Assembly (NCBI RefSeq): GCF_009914755.1
Contig: NC_060928.1
Reading direction: 5' to 3' (one strand)
Length of the DNA stretch: 64,000 bases
From: the human T2T-CHM13v2.0 reference genome, Homo sapiens
Positions within the stretch are counted from its first letter, which is position 1. Every line of letters starts with the position of its first letter. Under the pieces are notes generated by a model. The model was not told the DNA's origin, ran no database searches, and saw nothing but the letters and a program-made list of their open reading frames with translations. Of this stretch, positions 43,384-59,915 are shown one piece after another. The translations under genes were made by a program, and so were the position numbers.

Positions 43384-46300
43384 TCATGATGGAAAGAAGT
43401 TTGCAGGTAGAATTCACTTTTTAAAATGTCTAAAATGAAGAGAAACTGTTCTCCTGTGATTCTAGGCCACCTCAAGAGAAGGTTATGTTACTGTCTAAAC
43501 ACTCTACTAAAAAAAGAAAATTGAAGCACTTCATTTCAGAGCTGTAATAATGCTAAATACAATACATCTAAAAATTAAAATATAATTTAAAAAAATAGTT
43601 TAGACTTCCCATCTATGAAAATGTGGGTAAAACAGTAATGTTATTTTCCCACAGTTGTACTATTGTTGATGATCTAACTCACTCCTGGCTGAGAGTTTTT
43701 ATTATGTGCACTGAATTTATCCACAAACTGTAATACAAATATGCTCTGAGTTTTTTAAAATATGTATCAGTGTACAACCTCTAACTTAGATGTTGTTTGC
43801 ATCATAAAATAATTCTCCCGCTATTAAAGCCTACTAGAGTAGTTCTCAGAATAATGAATTCCTTCCTTATATTTAAATTATTATTCAACTTTTTAGAAGT
43901 TTAGAATTTGTGCAAATGCTAAGGAAAATGTTTGTCTCTTCAAAAAGTATCCTTCTTAATCTTCTCTTTCCTAAGAGTATGTCAAAGCTGCATATCACAA
44001 TCTTTATCCATTTTACAAATAGCATACAACTCAGGATCTCACTTATTTTAAAGGTTAATTGTCAGACTCAAGGATATGAAAATATACATAAATGCATAAC
44101 ATATATACTATACACAAAGCAAAATAAGTTTGACTTTATGACACCTTTTCATAAACATGCATTTGAAAGTTTTGCATAAGAAAAATGAAGAGTGACTCTA
44201 AACAGAGATGATCGTTGCCAGTTTCTCACTGCAGAATGAAATATTTTTTCTCCTTTACCCTATAACCCAAATATCACACTGAGCTTAAGGATGAAGCTGA
44301 CATTTTAAAAGATCACCAAAAGCGTTCTCTTTCCAATTGCAATTATGCCCTCTATCTCAGTGGGAGCCATTGTCTGGGTCTTCTCAGCTCTCTAGCATCT
44401 TTCTGGCTTGCTTTCATTACCCTGATTATCTATTCATTTGCCGCCCAGTACTCATTTTATGAAAGATCATGTCTGCCATTTCTGTAATGAGTGCTTGACT
44501 TTTACTGCCAGCATAAACACATAAAATATATAATAATTAAAGTTCACTAGTCACCAAAGTCTTGAGATCCGTCATGTTGCTAATTTGATTTTTTAAGCAA
44601 TTGCTTCTCCGCGAACAGGGCTGATTTTGCCCCCTTAGGCAGTGCAAGACTTATGGTTGAAGGAGATGACTCTAACCTAGAGAGATCAATTTGAATGGGC
44701 ACCATATATTTCAAATTTAAGGTTCATTTTCTACCAAATAACATGTCTATAAATTATGATGGTTCTTAGAGCCAACAAAAATTTCATCAAAATTTGAACA
44801 TAAATGTTGTTCTAAATGTTAAAGATTAAACAATGTGCTTTTCAAAACAGTTAAATGTTATTTAATTGTGTAGCTTTTATGGAGAATTGTTTAAACTCTA
44901 AGAAAAAAGTTAATTGGAATAACTACAGGAGCCTACACAACACAGATTGGAAACTTCACAATGTGTTGACTTACATTAAGTAAGGACAAGGTTCCAGAAC
45001 ACCACTTCCTTATTTTGAACACACTTCCTTGTTTTGATAACATTGGCAAAGCACCCTAAGTGCCCCATGATAATGAATTCATCTGACCTTTAATCACAAA
45101 GCGATTAATGAACTCATGAGATACTCATGTGGCTCTCTGGGGACATAAAGATGTGTCATACAAAGTGTAATGTTTGTAAATGGATACAGTGGAACACGTG
45201 TTAGCCAAGGGACTTGAGTAGCAGACTCTCAGTTTATAAAGAAGCAGGAAATAAAGAGGTGCTTCCATTTATACAGATTTTCTTTAGAGATAATAAAGAT
45301 CTTGATGGTGTATTCAAAAAAAGCACAGAAGCCAGAAGACCTGAGTTTGAAAGCAGAATGTATCACTTTCCAGCCATGTGGCCTTGGGAAACTTTTCTTC
45401 ACCTCTGAGCCTCAATCTCCTCACCTGTAAAAGGAGAATTAGTAATATCAGACTTCCTAAAGGCTGTTACAAGAGTAAGAGGTACAGGGTCGAAGGGAGG
45501 AGGGGTTTGAAGTGATCAATCAGTCAATCAATATCATTCCTCCCTCACAAGGTTAAGAAGTAAATCAAATAATATGCACTGTTTTGAAAAGGCCTTTATA
45601 AACTGCAGCATCATGCATGTGTTTATTTTTGCTATTCTTTTGGAAAATAGGTACTCTGAATAAAGTTCACAGTTGTTTCTTTTTCCCCATACACAGAATG
45701 GATGCCTTAGGAAGACACTAGTAACTACATAAGGACATAGACATTGTTTTGTGAATAAACCAGATCTGACCGATTAAGTACTTTATCAAATTACCTTTTT
45801 CAAATTTGAAAGTAACATATCAGGTTTGAAGCAACACAGGAAACTTCTCTTTTTAAACAGGTCTCTGCTCTGCAGCAGCCTTCAGCAATAACTGAGTTTA
45901 TAATTAAATCCAGCCTGTGTATTCAGCCCTGCAGTGGGGAGCTGGGCAGACCACTTCACCTCACCGGCAGGAGTTAAATGTGATCCCATCTCCCAGGTCC
46001 AGTACTAACACACTGTCATTCTCATTAAGCATGTGTAGTAATTCTTTACCAATTCTAAAAAACTACTAATTAATTTACAGTACTTCTGGTCACACATAAT
46101 TAAAAACCATTTTCATATCTTTGATTAAAAGAGACACAACCTTTTCTGCCTCAGTTCATTGTCTTACCCGTTCTTAGTAAATCATAATCACTTCCCTGGA
46201 ATTTCTTTTTTTAGGAGTGTAATATCTGCTCATATCGCCTTGACTTCAGGCTCAAGCTCCCATTGCCTAGAAAATGATTCAGGAAATACAACCCTCAGAA

Positions 46301-46755
46301 GACAAATACTACCTCATCTTGAATAAGTGAGGCAGTCATCTTTTGGAACATGGGCACTTCCAATCTCAGAATAAATGCTCAGATATATTTTACAATATAA
46401 TCAGAAAACCAAAGAAATTCAAAATTCACTTGAAGGATTATGTGGCCATTGTTCATATACAGTGCATATGTGAAATTCTCTCTCAGCGTGGTGAAATGTG
46501 GACTCAACACATGATCACTCTGTACTCATTTAAAGATGCACATGTCATAACAGATATTACTACATGTTAATACATATTAATACACTATTGAAAGAGCACT
46601 GGAATAGGAGTCACCATCTCTGGTTCTAAAACGGACTCATACTTTCCAATGATTGGACTTGCTATATCACTTAAGCCACCTCAACTTCAATATCTTCATC
46701 AGTGAAATGAGAACTTATTGGCTTATAGAGTTATTTTCTCTGAGGTTTCCAAAAT

Positions 46756-46952
46756 AAGTCAGAAACTATAGCCAGAAGGTCATTCTGGCAGCTTGCCTGT
46801 TTTTACAAATAAAGCCCACTTGTTTACTTACTTTCTACGGCTGCTTTCACACTACAAAGGCAGAGTTGAGTAGTTGTGATGGACACCATATGGGCCACAA
46901 AGTCTAAAATATTGGCTATCTGACCCTTAACAAGAAAAGCTTGCTGACCTCT
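46756..46952. mobile_element. MER58A-like hAT MITE
   Basis: ggctgctttcacactacaaaggcagagttgagtagttgtga...ccacaaagtctaaaatatt...ttgctgacctct. Confidence 0.7.
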
Positions 46953-49900
46953 AGTCTAAAAGATGATAGTTATGAATTTATTTGAAATACCATGAAGTAC
47001 TATTAACCTATATGATAGAAACTCTTGGTGGATTGAAATTAAGCAACTGCCATTTGGCTCAACTAGCTAGAAGAAATAGTTAAAAGTTCAATTTAAACAA
47101 AGGAAATAGCTCCTAATAGTTTCCCTTACACTATTTGATATTACTGAGGTATTAGATGCTATCAATAAATATTTGTTGCACTTAATGTTACCAACTGATC
47201 ACTAAGAGATTTTGCTTAAGAAAAATAATCGATTGATGATTGATTCACAGGAAGTTGATAGAATTGATTTTTACAACTCTGATATGCAAATTGTAATATT
47301 AGATATGCCAATCAAAGTGCCACTATGCTTAATTGTTTAAATCTTAATCTTTGAGAAGTGCTTCTGCTTCGATGCAAGATTACCTACGTTTTCCAAAGCT
47401 AGGATGAAAAAATTGATGAATGAATGAAAAACCTATTGAGCTAAAGTTTTTTCTGAAAATCATCTGCATGCTATTATTAATACTTTCTCAGTAACCATGG
47501 AGAGGAAAATTTTGTGAAAACCCAGAAAATGAATTTAATAATGTGGATATTATGAGCCAAAATAGATTTATTCAGTGTGTGAAAAAAATAACTTTTTTTC
47601 AGAAATTTCAAAATTTCTTTCTCAGTGATAACTGACATTAAACAGTATTGAGTAATGGGACTCTCTCCTAAATATCTTTTTAATTTTGGTTACATAAAAC
47701 TCATAAGTAGGTACTGATAAAATATTTTTGAAATATTAAAATGGTTATTTTATCCTCACGAATTTCTACCCCCAAATTGCCTCAATACTTCCAAATTGAA
47801 GAAGTACCAAAAGGTCTTGTATCATAGAGTTTCTGGCGTTACATAGCTATAATTATCTTTCACTATGACAGGACAAGAAGCTTGAAGACCTAGGGTGTAA
47901 GAAGGATATTCAGGAGAGGAAAGGAAGCCTTACTTCTTCTGACCAGAGGATTCTAACAGAGGTCAGGAGAAGAGAAAGGCAAGAAGACATTAGATAGATT
48001 GAAAGGCACAACAAGGGTAGAAGACCTAATGCTTCTCTTCCCTTTAGGGTCTCTGGGGGAGTTCCCAGGGCACACCAGGCTCTTTAACAACAGAGAAGAC
48101 CTCAGATCATTAAGAATGCAGAGCAGCAGGGTCAGGAAAAAGCACAGGTTCAATAATCATTCCCAGGCCTCCCTTTCTTTCCTGTGCCTCGCATGCGGGG
48201 TTAGAGCATATGGACCTGCCTTGGGCCCCTCCACAGTGAATAACAAGGTGAGGTCATCATACCATCTGGAGGGCTACAGAATCATCAGGGGCTGGATAAA
48301 GAAAATGGCAGAGGCTCAGAAGGATGTAGAGCATCCCAACAAACCAAAGGAGGCTGAGTCAGCAGGGAGGAGCCCATAAGCCCTACATTAGCCAACTTTT
48401 AGCACCTATAGCCTTTGCAGACTTTAGCAGCAGTCACCTATTAATCTCTAAAACTGAACCCAAGCCCATCCCACCTCAAAGGAGAGCTGCCAAAGCGAAT
48501 TCAAGGACCTGCAAGAGACCAGCCACCACCTTTCCCCTAAATCCCTAATTTCAGGGATATAATGCTGTCCTCCATAAATCCTGATACCATTTTGAAAAAG
48601 AGTAAGAGAAAAGAGAAGAAATGGGAAGAATTGAGTAATTCTCTCAAGTAGATTGAGCTAAAGCTAGAGACATGTTAAATTATTAGATGAGATTAAATTT
48701 TAAATCATATTGGGCTAAATTTAGTTTTTTCCCCACTGCTCAGTAGGCACAGTCCTCCTAAGATCAATTAAGTTATAGAGAAAAGCTACATTTTCTCTGC
48801 ATACCCAAATTGTAGCATGAATACATTTGCTATCACACTATAATTATATTGTTTGGTTTAGAGGAAACATATTGATGAGACGTTTACTCAGGGTTTAAGA
48901 AATCTCTGAAACTAAAGAAGATAGCTTTTCTCTGCATACTTACATATTAGAAGCTGTGTGAGATAATGGAGAGAAATGTGCTGGAAGGCAGACCTGAGTT
49001 CTAAGCCCAATTCAACTATTTATTATCTGTGTGAGCAACTTAAAAAGTCATTTAAACTCTACAGCAGTGAGATTGTGTGTTCCATGTGAAAAATCTAGGG
49101 AATCATTATGCCGGATTACTTAGCGTCTTCATCCATAAAATGGGGGAGGAGAAACAGACGGGGAAGCAATAATGTCTGCAACCTTTCCCATTCTAATTTC
49201 CTAGTAGAAATGACTAAAAAGGCAGGTGTCATTTTTCTTAGGTAACCAGTAACCAGTAACTTTTTTAGTTTGGTTCAGTAGGAATTCACCTATGGGCCAT
49301 GATTCCAGAAAAGTTTGAGAGGAACTTATTGACAGCGATGGTATTTAAGGACAAAATCAGAGTGACCTATGTGGGATTAGAAATTTGCGTCCAACTTTCA
49401 GCAACCTGTTTTGTAACAAATAAATTAATTTGAAAATCATTTCCTAGAGTAGTGACTAAAAATGGTAAGGGATCAAAAATTAGTGTGAGTCTCAAACACA
49501 AATGAGGCTAAAAAGGCTCTTCAAGATGAATGCCTAAACCTGTTGGATTTCTTTAATTTTAATATGAAAGAAGGATCTTTTGATTCCTCTACTCCCTTCC
49601 CCTGAAATTTCCTCATTTATACCAATAAAGAAATCAGTGCAATTTTCAAATTGCAATTAAGTTTTATGGACTTCTAAAATTTTTCTGTTCAATGGGATCA
49701 CAAATGTTTTAATATTTTGGATGAAAAAAAGGAAATGAGATGTCCGTGTCAGTGAATCAATCATTCATTGATCATATGGGCATGTAATTCTCCATTAAGA
49801 AGTATGTACCGGAACAGGTCCAAAGAAAGAACAATAGTGATACATGTGACAATAATAAGTCTAGCTTTAGAGTTGCAATAGCCTTCCGCGTGCCAGGTAA

Positions 49901-50193
49901 TGAGCTTTTCATGCATCTTGCTCACTGAGATCGTCACGTGTGGTCTTATTAATTCACACCACAATGACCCTCAAAAGTAAGTGTTGTTATGCATCACCAT
50001 GGTGTAAAAATAGCAGGAATTTTTCTGACTATACTCCAAAAAGAGATTTTAGCCGTTAGTTCATCACAGTCTAATAGCTAAACTTATTTCTAATAGTTTA
50101 AGTATTTACAGCCCCACAAAGTCTATACTTCAGCACTTCAATCCCATAGATTAACAATAACCACAGTAACTCTTTGCTCTCTATGAGCAAATA

Positions 50194-50207
50194 CTGCCAT
50201 CTTGTGG
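50194..50207 (-). promoter_or_regulatory. Candidate CTCF site
   Basis: Minus strand CCACAAGATGGCAG, one mismatch to the CCASYAGRKGGCRS core. Confidence 0.45.
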
Positions 50208-50979
50208 AAATTGCACGCCAAACAGAACATTATTGTTCCATAAACTCAAAAGTTTTTCTTGTGTTTATTAAGAATTTTGCAACTCAATTTTTGCATTGTC
50301 ATACATACGCGCACACACACACACTCGCACACATACATACACATTATTGTTGCTTATAATTACAAGGTACAATTCTTTAGATTTTCAAGTTCAATTTAAA
50401 AGGGCCAGTGCTTTGGGAAGATTGAAGAGAACATATCTCTTTGCTTATTATAAGAATTCATCCTATTCATCTTCCAGGCAGTGCATTATATTTTACCACA
50501 CTTGCTTTACATAATCTTTAAATTGGGTTTTTGTTAAATCATAAAAAGGAGGCCATAGTGAGACCATTCTGATGGAATTTCCAGGAACACTAGATTTTGT
50601 AGCAAAATGTTATGACAGAACTCTGGACTTAGAGAACACTTTCATTCCCTTCCAACACTTGTAGCCCATGCCAGCCTGTATTCCTGGAATCTGTTGTCAG
50701 GGGTGACTGAGGGGTCAGATGGTCCAATTTCTCTGTACATCCCCAAAGATGAAATCTCCCTGCAATGCCCCAGCCACTTGTGCTGCCGTGAGCATAAAAT
50801 AAACCATACAAAGAGATTTTTGTGGCATATTCGTACTTGAAGCACCTAGAGAGGGTGCTTCCTTCTTTCCCCTCGATGATCTCCTATCGCTCAGCTGGCT
50901 GAACCTAAAAATTCTGCAATTAAATGATTTTTTTTGGGTTTAAGGCTTTTAATTCCTATTAGAATTTAAATAGGTGAGG

Positions 50980-51022
50980 TATAATATATATATATATATA
51001 TATATGAGGCATATATATATAT
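50980..51022. repeat. Interrupted (TA)n microsatellite
   Basis: Two (TA) runs, each preceded by tgagg. Confidence 0.85.
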
Positions 51023-51568
51023 TTCAATAATGATTTCTAAAGTCAAAATATTTTCCAAGTTTAGAAAGAATAAGGAGACAAAATTAAATAAAATGAAATG
51101 CAAGGGCCCCAAATACCACTGAGAAGAAAGTGTAGGCAGTAATTAAGTTCCTGAATGAAGGAAGGAATAAATGAACATGAATTGAGGGCATTAAAAAAAT
51201 GGCTTCACAGTGTCACTCAAGCCTCTCCGGTGGAATGTGCAGTCGTGGTTTAGAATAAATTTTGTACCCAAGGAAATGTCTGGAATGAAGTCATTCTTCA
51301 ACTGTTTATTAAATGGATAGATGAATAAAACAGGAATGGAATAAATTAGAAAACAGCATCAATCGTAAGAAAAAAGAATAGGATCTGATATCAGAGTTTA
51401 GGATTCATTTACCAAAACTGTGTTGAGTATATTCCATCAATAAATATGCACCTGCTCTGTAGTAGGCAATATGGAGGATGAGTACACACTCTCGAAAATG
51501 GAACAGACTGATCAAGTAATTATAAATGATGATAAGTGCTATGAAGGAAAATTCTTACACTTTCACAG

Positions 51569-51912
51569 TGTATTAGTTCGTTCTCTCACTGCTATGAAGA
51601 AATACCCAAGACTGGGTAGTTTATAAAGAAAGAAGTTTAATTGACTCACAGTTCCCCATGGCTGGGGAGGCCTCAGGAAACTTACAATCATGGTGGAAGG
51701 CACCTCTTCACAAGGCAGCGGGAGAGAGAATGAGTGCTGAGCAAAGGGGAAGCCCCTTATAAAACCATCAGATCTCGTGAGACTCACTATCACAAGAACG
51801 GCATGAGGGAAACCACCCCCATGATTCAATTATCTCCACCTGTCCTGCACTTGACACGTGGAGATTATTACAAGGTGAGATTTGTGTGGGGACACGGAGC
51901 CAAACCGTATCA
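51569..51912 (-). mobile_element. THE1 (THE1C-like) solo LTR
   Basis: tgtattagttcgttctc...gactcacagttcc...gaggcctcaggaaacttacaatcatgg...gccaaaccgtatca; TG...CA termini. Confidence 0.9.
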
Positions 51913-52162
51913 CAAGGCTACTGACCAATATGGTGTGATGCAAATAGGAGAGCAGGATAACAGGATCTCATTTTGTGCCCAGATGTATTCTCATTAAGCA
52001 AATGTTGCTGTAGTTGCCTTTTATATCTACAAGTACTTATAAACTCAAATTTAAAAAGAATTATTTGTTCAAAGATGACTACATTTTTCCTCCAAGGTAA
52101 TCAATGGTGCTCTGACTACCTAGAGCCTTTAGGTGGGCAAATACATAAGGGATGTGCCATTA

Positions 52163-52326
52163 TTTTTTATTATTATGGTAAGAATTCTTAACATGGGTGC
52201 TATTCTATGAAAATTTTTAATGTACAATACAGTATTGCTAACTATAGTTACAATGTTGTACAGTAGTTTTCAAGAACTTTTCCCTCTTGCATAACTGAAG
52301 CTTTACACCTATCGACGAGCAATACC
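52163..52326 (-). mobile_element. Old L1M 3' end fragment
   Basis: tgtacaatacagtattgctaactatag...atgttgtacagtag...cttgcataactgaagcttta. Confidence 0.65.
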
Positions 52327-53174
52327 AACATCATTTAAATGATATTCATGAATAGGCCAGGAAAGTAATTTTGATACCATGATTACATCTTTGTGTGTTG
52401 CCTAACACAGTGCTGGAAATTTCTACAAGTAGTTGCTTCTTTGGATCAAGAGATTATTTCCCATGTGTATTTCTTAAACCTGTTACTTGGAAAGCAAAAT
52501 GAGAGAAGGGGAATGAAGGTCATAAGTTTGGGAAATGCTGAGTTAAACAAAATCATGCCGTTTTCTTTTCTGCTGGTCTTCTGAGAGTCTTTAATAGGCT
52601 GACATCTTTGTAAATTCCCAAGAGTGTGTTTCTCAGAATTAATAACCACAAGGCCCTTTTCTTACAGAGGTCTTGTAGGTACTGGTTTGCTGTGAAATGC
52701 ACTTTTGGAAATTCTGGAAATGCAAATGGCTTTTTCTGGAATGGAAGCTGGAATAAGGGTGACATATAACCCATTAATATTCATAATCATTTTAGTAAAT
52801 TCAATTAATCAAATTAATTACTCTTCTAGAGCAACACTCTAGACAGATACATTTCACAGGAAGCAAGGAGAAAAGGTCCAGGTTGTGGGGGAGGTTTCAG
52901 AACAGTCTCAGTCCTGGACTGCCAGCACGGGGCACCAGAGCTGAGGCTGTGGGAACGTCTGGGAGAGATGACAGGGACCTGAGACCAACCCTCTACCAGA
53001 GCCTTAAGGGCTGGTCTCACTCTAGTTTAACTCAGATTAAACACTGACCCAACTTCCAATGCACAAAATCTTCTTCCCTTTATCATGTTGCTTGTTCTTC
53101 TAGCCATGTGGATGACATGAAACAGGTAAAAAGGTCACTACAACTCCATTCTCTGAACTCTTAAATTGTAAGCA

Positions 53175-53840
53175 GTCTCACCCCAAATAATCCAAGACCT
53201 TGGGCAAGAGTACAAATATAGGTTCACATACCCCAAGTCTAATTATGTAAAAATTATGCATTAAACTAAAACCTGTTTGATATAATATATTCTATGTTCT
53301 TATCTGGACAAATATACCTTCATGACCCCTGGGAGGCCAGGTTTAAGTTTCTATGTGACTAGCCAGGAGGTCTGAACTGACCCAGGAGCACAGGGCTCTG
53401 GGGCCCTTTCTTTCCACCTGCAGCTCCAACTTGCACGCTGAAGTGTCTCCTACGCAAGGCTGTATACACCCGAGCTCACTCATCTGAGCTCTGTCCACAC
53501 TCTACAAACTCCACCCTATAGAGCTATGGTGCACCCGTGGCTGTAAGATCTTCTGCCAGGAGGACAACCCTGGGAATAGGCCTGGCAGGCCCTGGAAGAG
53601 CACTAAGCTGTTTGGCCAGGAAATTCCAGGGAACCCAGAGGACGATGCACACTCTGTACAGGCACACAGCCTTGGTCTGATCTTCCTTGCCCTGTGAAAA
53701 AGGGCATAGCTGGAGGAGGGCCACATCTAGGCTGGCCTCAGGTAGAGCCTAAGAAGCACTGGGAATTGAGAATAATTCCTCTATGAAAAACACACTTTAA
53801 AAAGCTGCAGTGTGCAGCTACCCTCAGACTCTGGGGAGGG
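53175..53840. mobile_element. GC-rich hAT-Tip100-type element (MER115-like, tentative)
   Basis: gggcaagagtacaaat...cacatacc...tggacaaatataccttcatg...ggaggccaggttt resembles my recollection of MER115; boundaries approximate. Confidence 0.4.
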
Positions 53841-54555
53841 GAAAAAGAAGCAGCAGAAGAAAAAGAAGAGGGTTTTTCCTATTTGAATTTAACTACTTCT
53901 GAAAGCCTCTGGTCAGGTTTTCTTCTTGTTTTCCAAGGTAAGATTACTTCCCCTTTGGCATTAAAAGGGAAACTAGATCAGTTGTGCGAAAAACCAAAAA
54001 AGATGTATTTTATCAACTTGAAACTTATCCCAAGGCTTCCTCTCACACTGTGTTAAATAATAGGTCTTCTTAATTGAATTTCTTTGTGTGTAGCATATGC
54101 TGGGTGACATTACGCCAGCATCTTGCTCTAAGCAGCAAAACGTTCTTCATAAAAGCATTAAGATCCTGAGTATCATTCTGGATGTAGGAAAGGGACACAG
54201 AACTACAACAACTTGAAAGCATATAAAAACAGTGCCTCTGAATTGTGATTGTAAAAACACACTGAAGCAAACCAGGAGGAAAATATTTAGAATTATAGAA
54301 TGAAACCAGAAGAAGAAGAATAGGAAGAAAAGGAGAGAGGAAGATGGGAGGGTGGGATGGGTGAAGAGAGAGAGGAAAGCAGTGTGGTGCAATGCTGTCT
54401 GTAGAATCAAAGCAATGATGACTTTCTGTTTCCTAGCATTCCATCTAAAACAAGCAGATCTATATATTCATTTCCCTTTGACAGCCACCATCCTACAGAG
54501 GTGGGATTATAAATGGATGTGTTGTGAACCAGGGCGATAACTATGTCTGTAATAA

Positions 54556-57870
<3,315 letters not shown>

Positions 57871-58668
57871 GCATCAAACAAATCTCTTCACTGTTTCTTT
57901 TTTAGGACTCCCTTTGCAAGGAGCAACTGTAATATTGTGGGACTAACATGGATGTAACGTTTAAAAAAAAGATCAGGATTATTAGTAACAATTCTAGTTT
58001 TTTCCTCCCACCTTCTCCCTCTCCTCTCTCCTCTATGATTTTCTCTCTTTCCCCCTCCCTTCCTGTACATTTTCCTCCACTTTTTTTCATTACTCAACTT
58101 GTTCCCCAAGAAGGTAGTGTACTAGGATCCTATTAGTCTGCTTTTCATATACTGTACATCAAGTATAGGAAATGTGCACTGAGTATACTAAAAGTATATG
58201 CAGGATTAATTTTACATAAAGGCCTCTTCTGTAACATTTCTCTATTTTTTGAAATACAATTGCAATAACTTCAGTCTTTTTACATTCTTCTGCTGCATCC
58301 ATACAATGCTCCACTGCTGTTGAGTGTCCTTTAACTGTGGACCAAAGGCAACCCCTGCAGTGTTTATAAAACAATTTTAAGACCATTCAGGCCACATAAG
58401 ATGAGAATGCAATTTTGTAGGATTACAAAAAAGCCATTAATATGCCAGTCAAGACTACAGTTAAAACTACTCTTGCACTGCAACAGTGCATATGACCTTT
58501 ATGTGATTGTACAGTATTAAAAGTTTTTTCTTATGTACAGTAAACTTTATCATATGGCAGAAGCCTCTATTGTGTTAAATAAATTAGTATTTCATATATA
58601 TACATATATATGCACCTATATAATGTGTATATATATAAAAAGGCAGCCATTGCTATTGCAATTCATTT

Positions 58669-58674
58669 AATAAA
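58669..58674 (+). terminator. Candidate proximal polyadenylation signal (second candidate at 58578-58583)
   Basis: AATAAA with upstream TGTA elements and downstream GT-rich gtattgtat. Confidence 0.4.
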
Positions 58675-59909
58675 GCTTTAGTTTAAACAAAAGTATTGTA
58701 TACAGGAACTATGTATAGTGCAGGGGTTCTTTTCAGTTAGAAAAGGCAGGTTGCTTTAATGTTATTCTGACTCGCATTGTTTGCCAACAGAAAATATTTT
58801 ATACTTTTGTTATTAAAGCATCCAGGGCAATTTAATATTTGTTCCTAGATGTAACTCATTTGAATAGGTTTTGCATTTGTTATTCAGCAGTGTATAAAGC
58901 TAACCTTGATAATTTTACTTTTAATTAATTATCTAAATGAAAAATGCTATTAGCTGAACCACATCCACAACAGCACATAGAGCTCTAGAAGAGTTGAAAC
59001 ATAGATCATTGAAGGTTAAAAATCCTCTTCCAAAGCAGCAAGTCAATCAATACAATAATGATATTTGGGGAGGGGTGGGAGCCCTTAAGAACTATTGATG
59101 TGGCCTTAAATTACTGTCATTTATTATCCTAAAGAAGAAAACATAATAACCATAATGGGCTCTCAACTCAACTCCCTTTTTTATTTAGTTCTATTTGGAG
59201 GAGTTATGTATTTTTTACATTAGTGCCAAGTATATAGAAGGATGACAGCAAAAACAGTGCCTCTTTGTGCACAATCCTTTTAAAGTAGCATTCTTACTTG
59301 TTAGAAATGTAGAATGAACTTTGTTTGTAATCCTTAAATTAAAATGTGGTAAGTAGGAAGCAAGAACTTATTCTGTGTTTTTACGCAGCCATACACTTAC
59401 TTTAATCTAACTCATTCTGTGGCTAGGATTGATATAGGAATCAACCTATGTGATTTGCTTTAGGAGAAATTAAAAGGTATATTCTTAAGATATATTATAT
59501 TTTGATGCTAATTCTGTTCTGGGGAGCATCTTGTATTGTCACTGTTTTGTACTAAATCTTCAAATATTGTCTACTGTGTAAGGCAGAAAAATTTCTTATC
59601 ATGCAAAAACCATTTTGTTTCCAGGGTAACAAGTAACTAAGTGCATGCACAACTTGTTTTCCCTTGTAACATTCATGATCTCATTTACAACTCTGATTTT
59701 AAAACAAAAAAATCTTTACAACAAGCTATATAGGGACATACCAGATGTTGCAGTGATTTTAGCTATCAACAAACTGTTAACCATGTACAATATTTAAAAT
59801 AGGCTTATTTTGATGTATCGCCTATTATACAAACACACAAAACATTTTTGGAGGCCTCAGTTATGAGTGACAGAGCTTTCTGTGTATAATTTGTCTAAAT
59901 AATTTGTCT

Positions 59910-59915
59910 AATAAA
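59910..59915 (+). terminator. Likely distal polyadenylation signal of GRID2
   Basis: AATAAA preceded by TGTA/T-rich sequence at the end of the repeat-free UTR block. Confidence 0.65.

Noticed and set aside
47953-48379. 126-aa GC-richer ORF and its antisense partner
   Set aside because: No recognisable domain or convincing splice signals; probably an old degenerate repeat.
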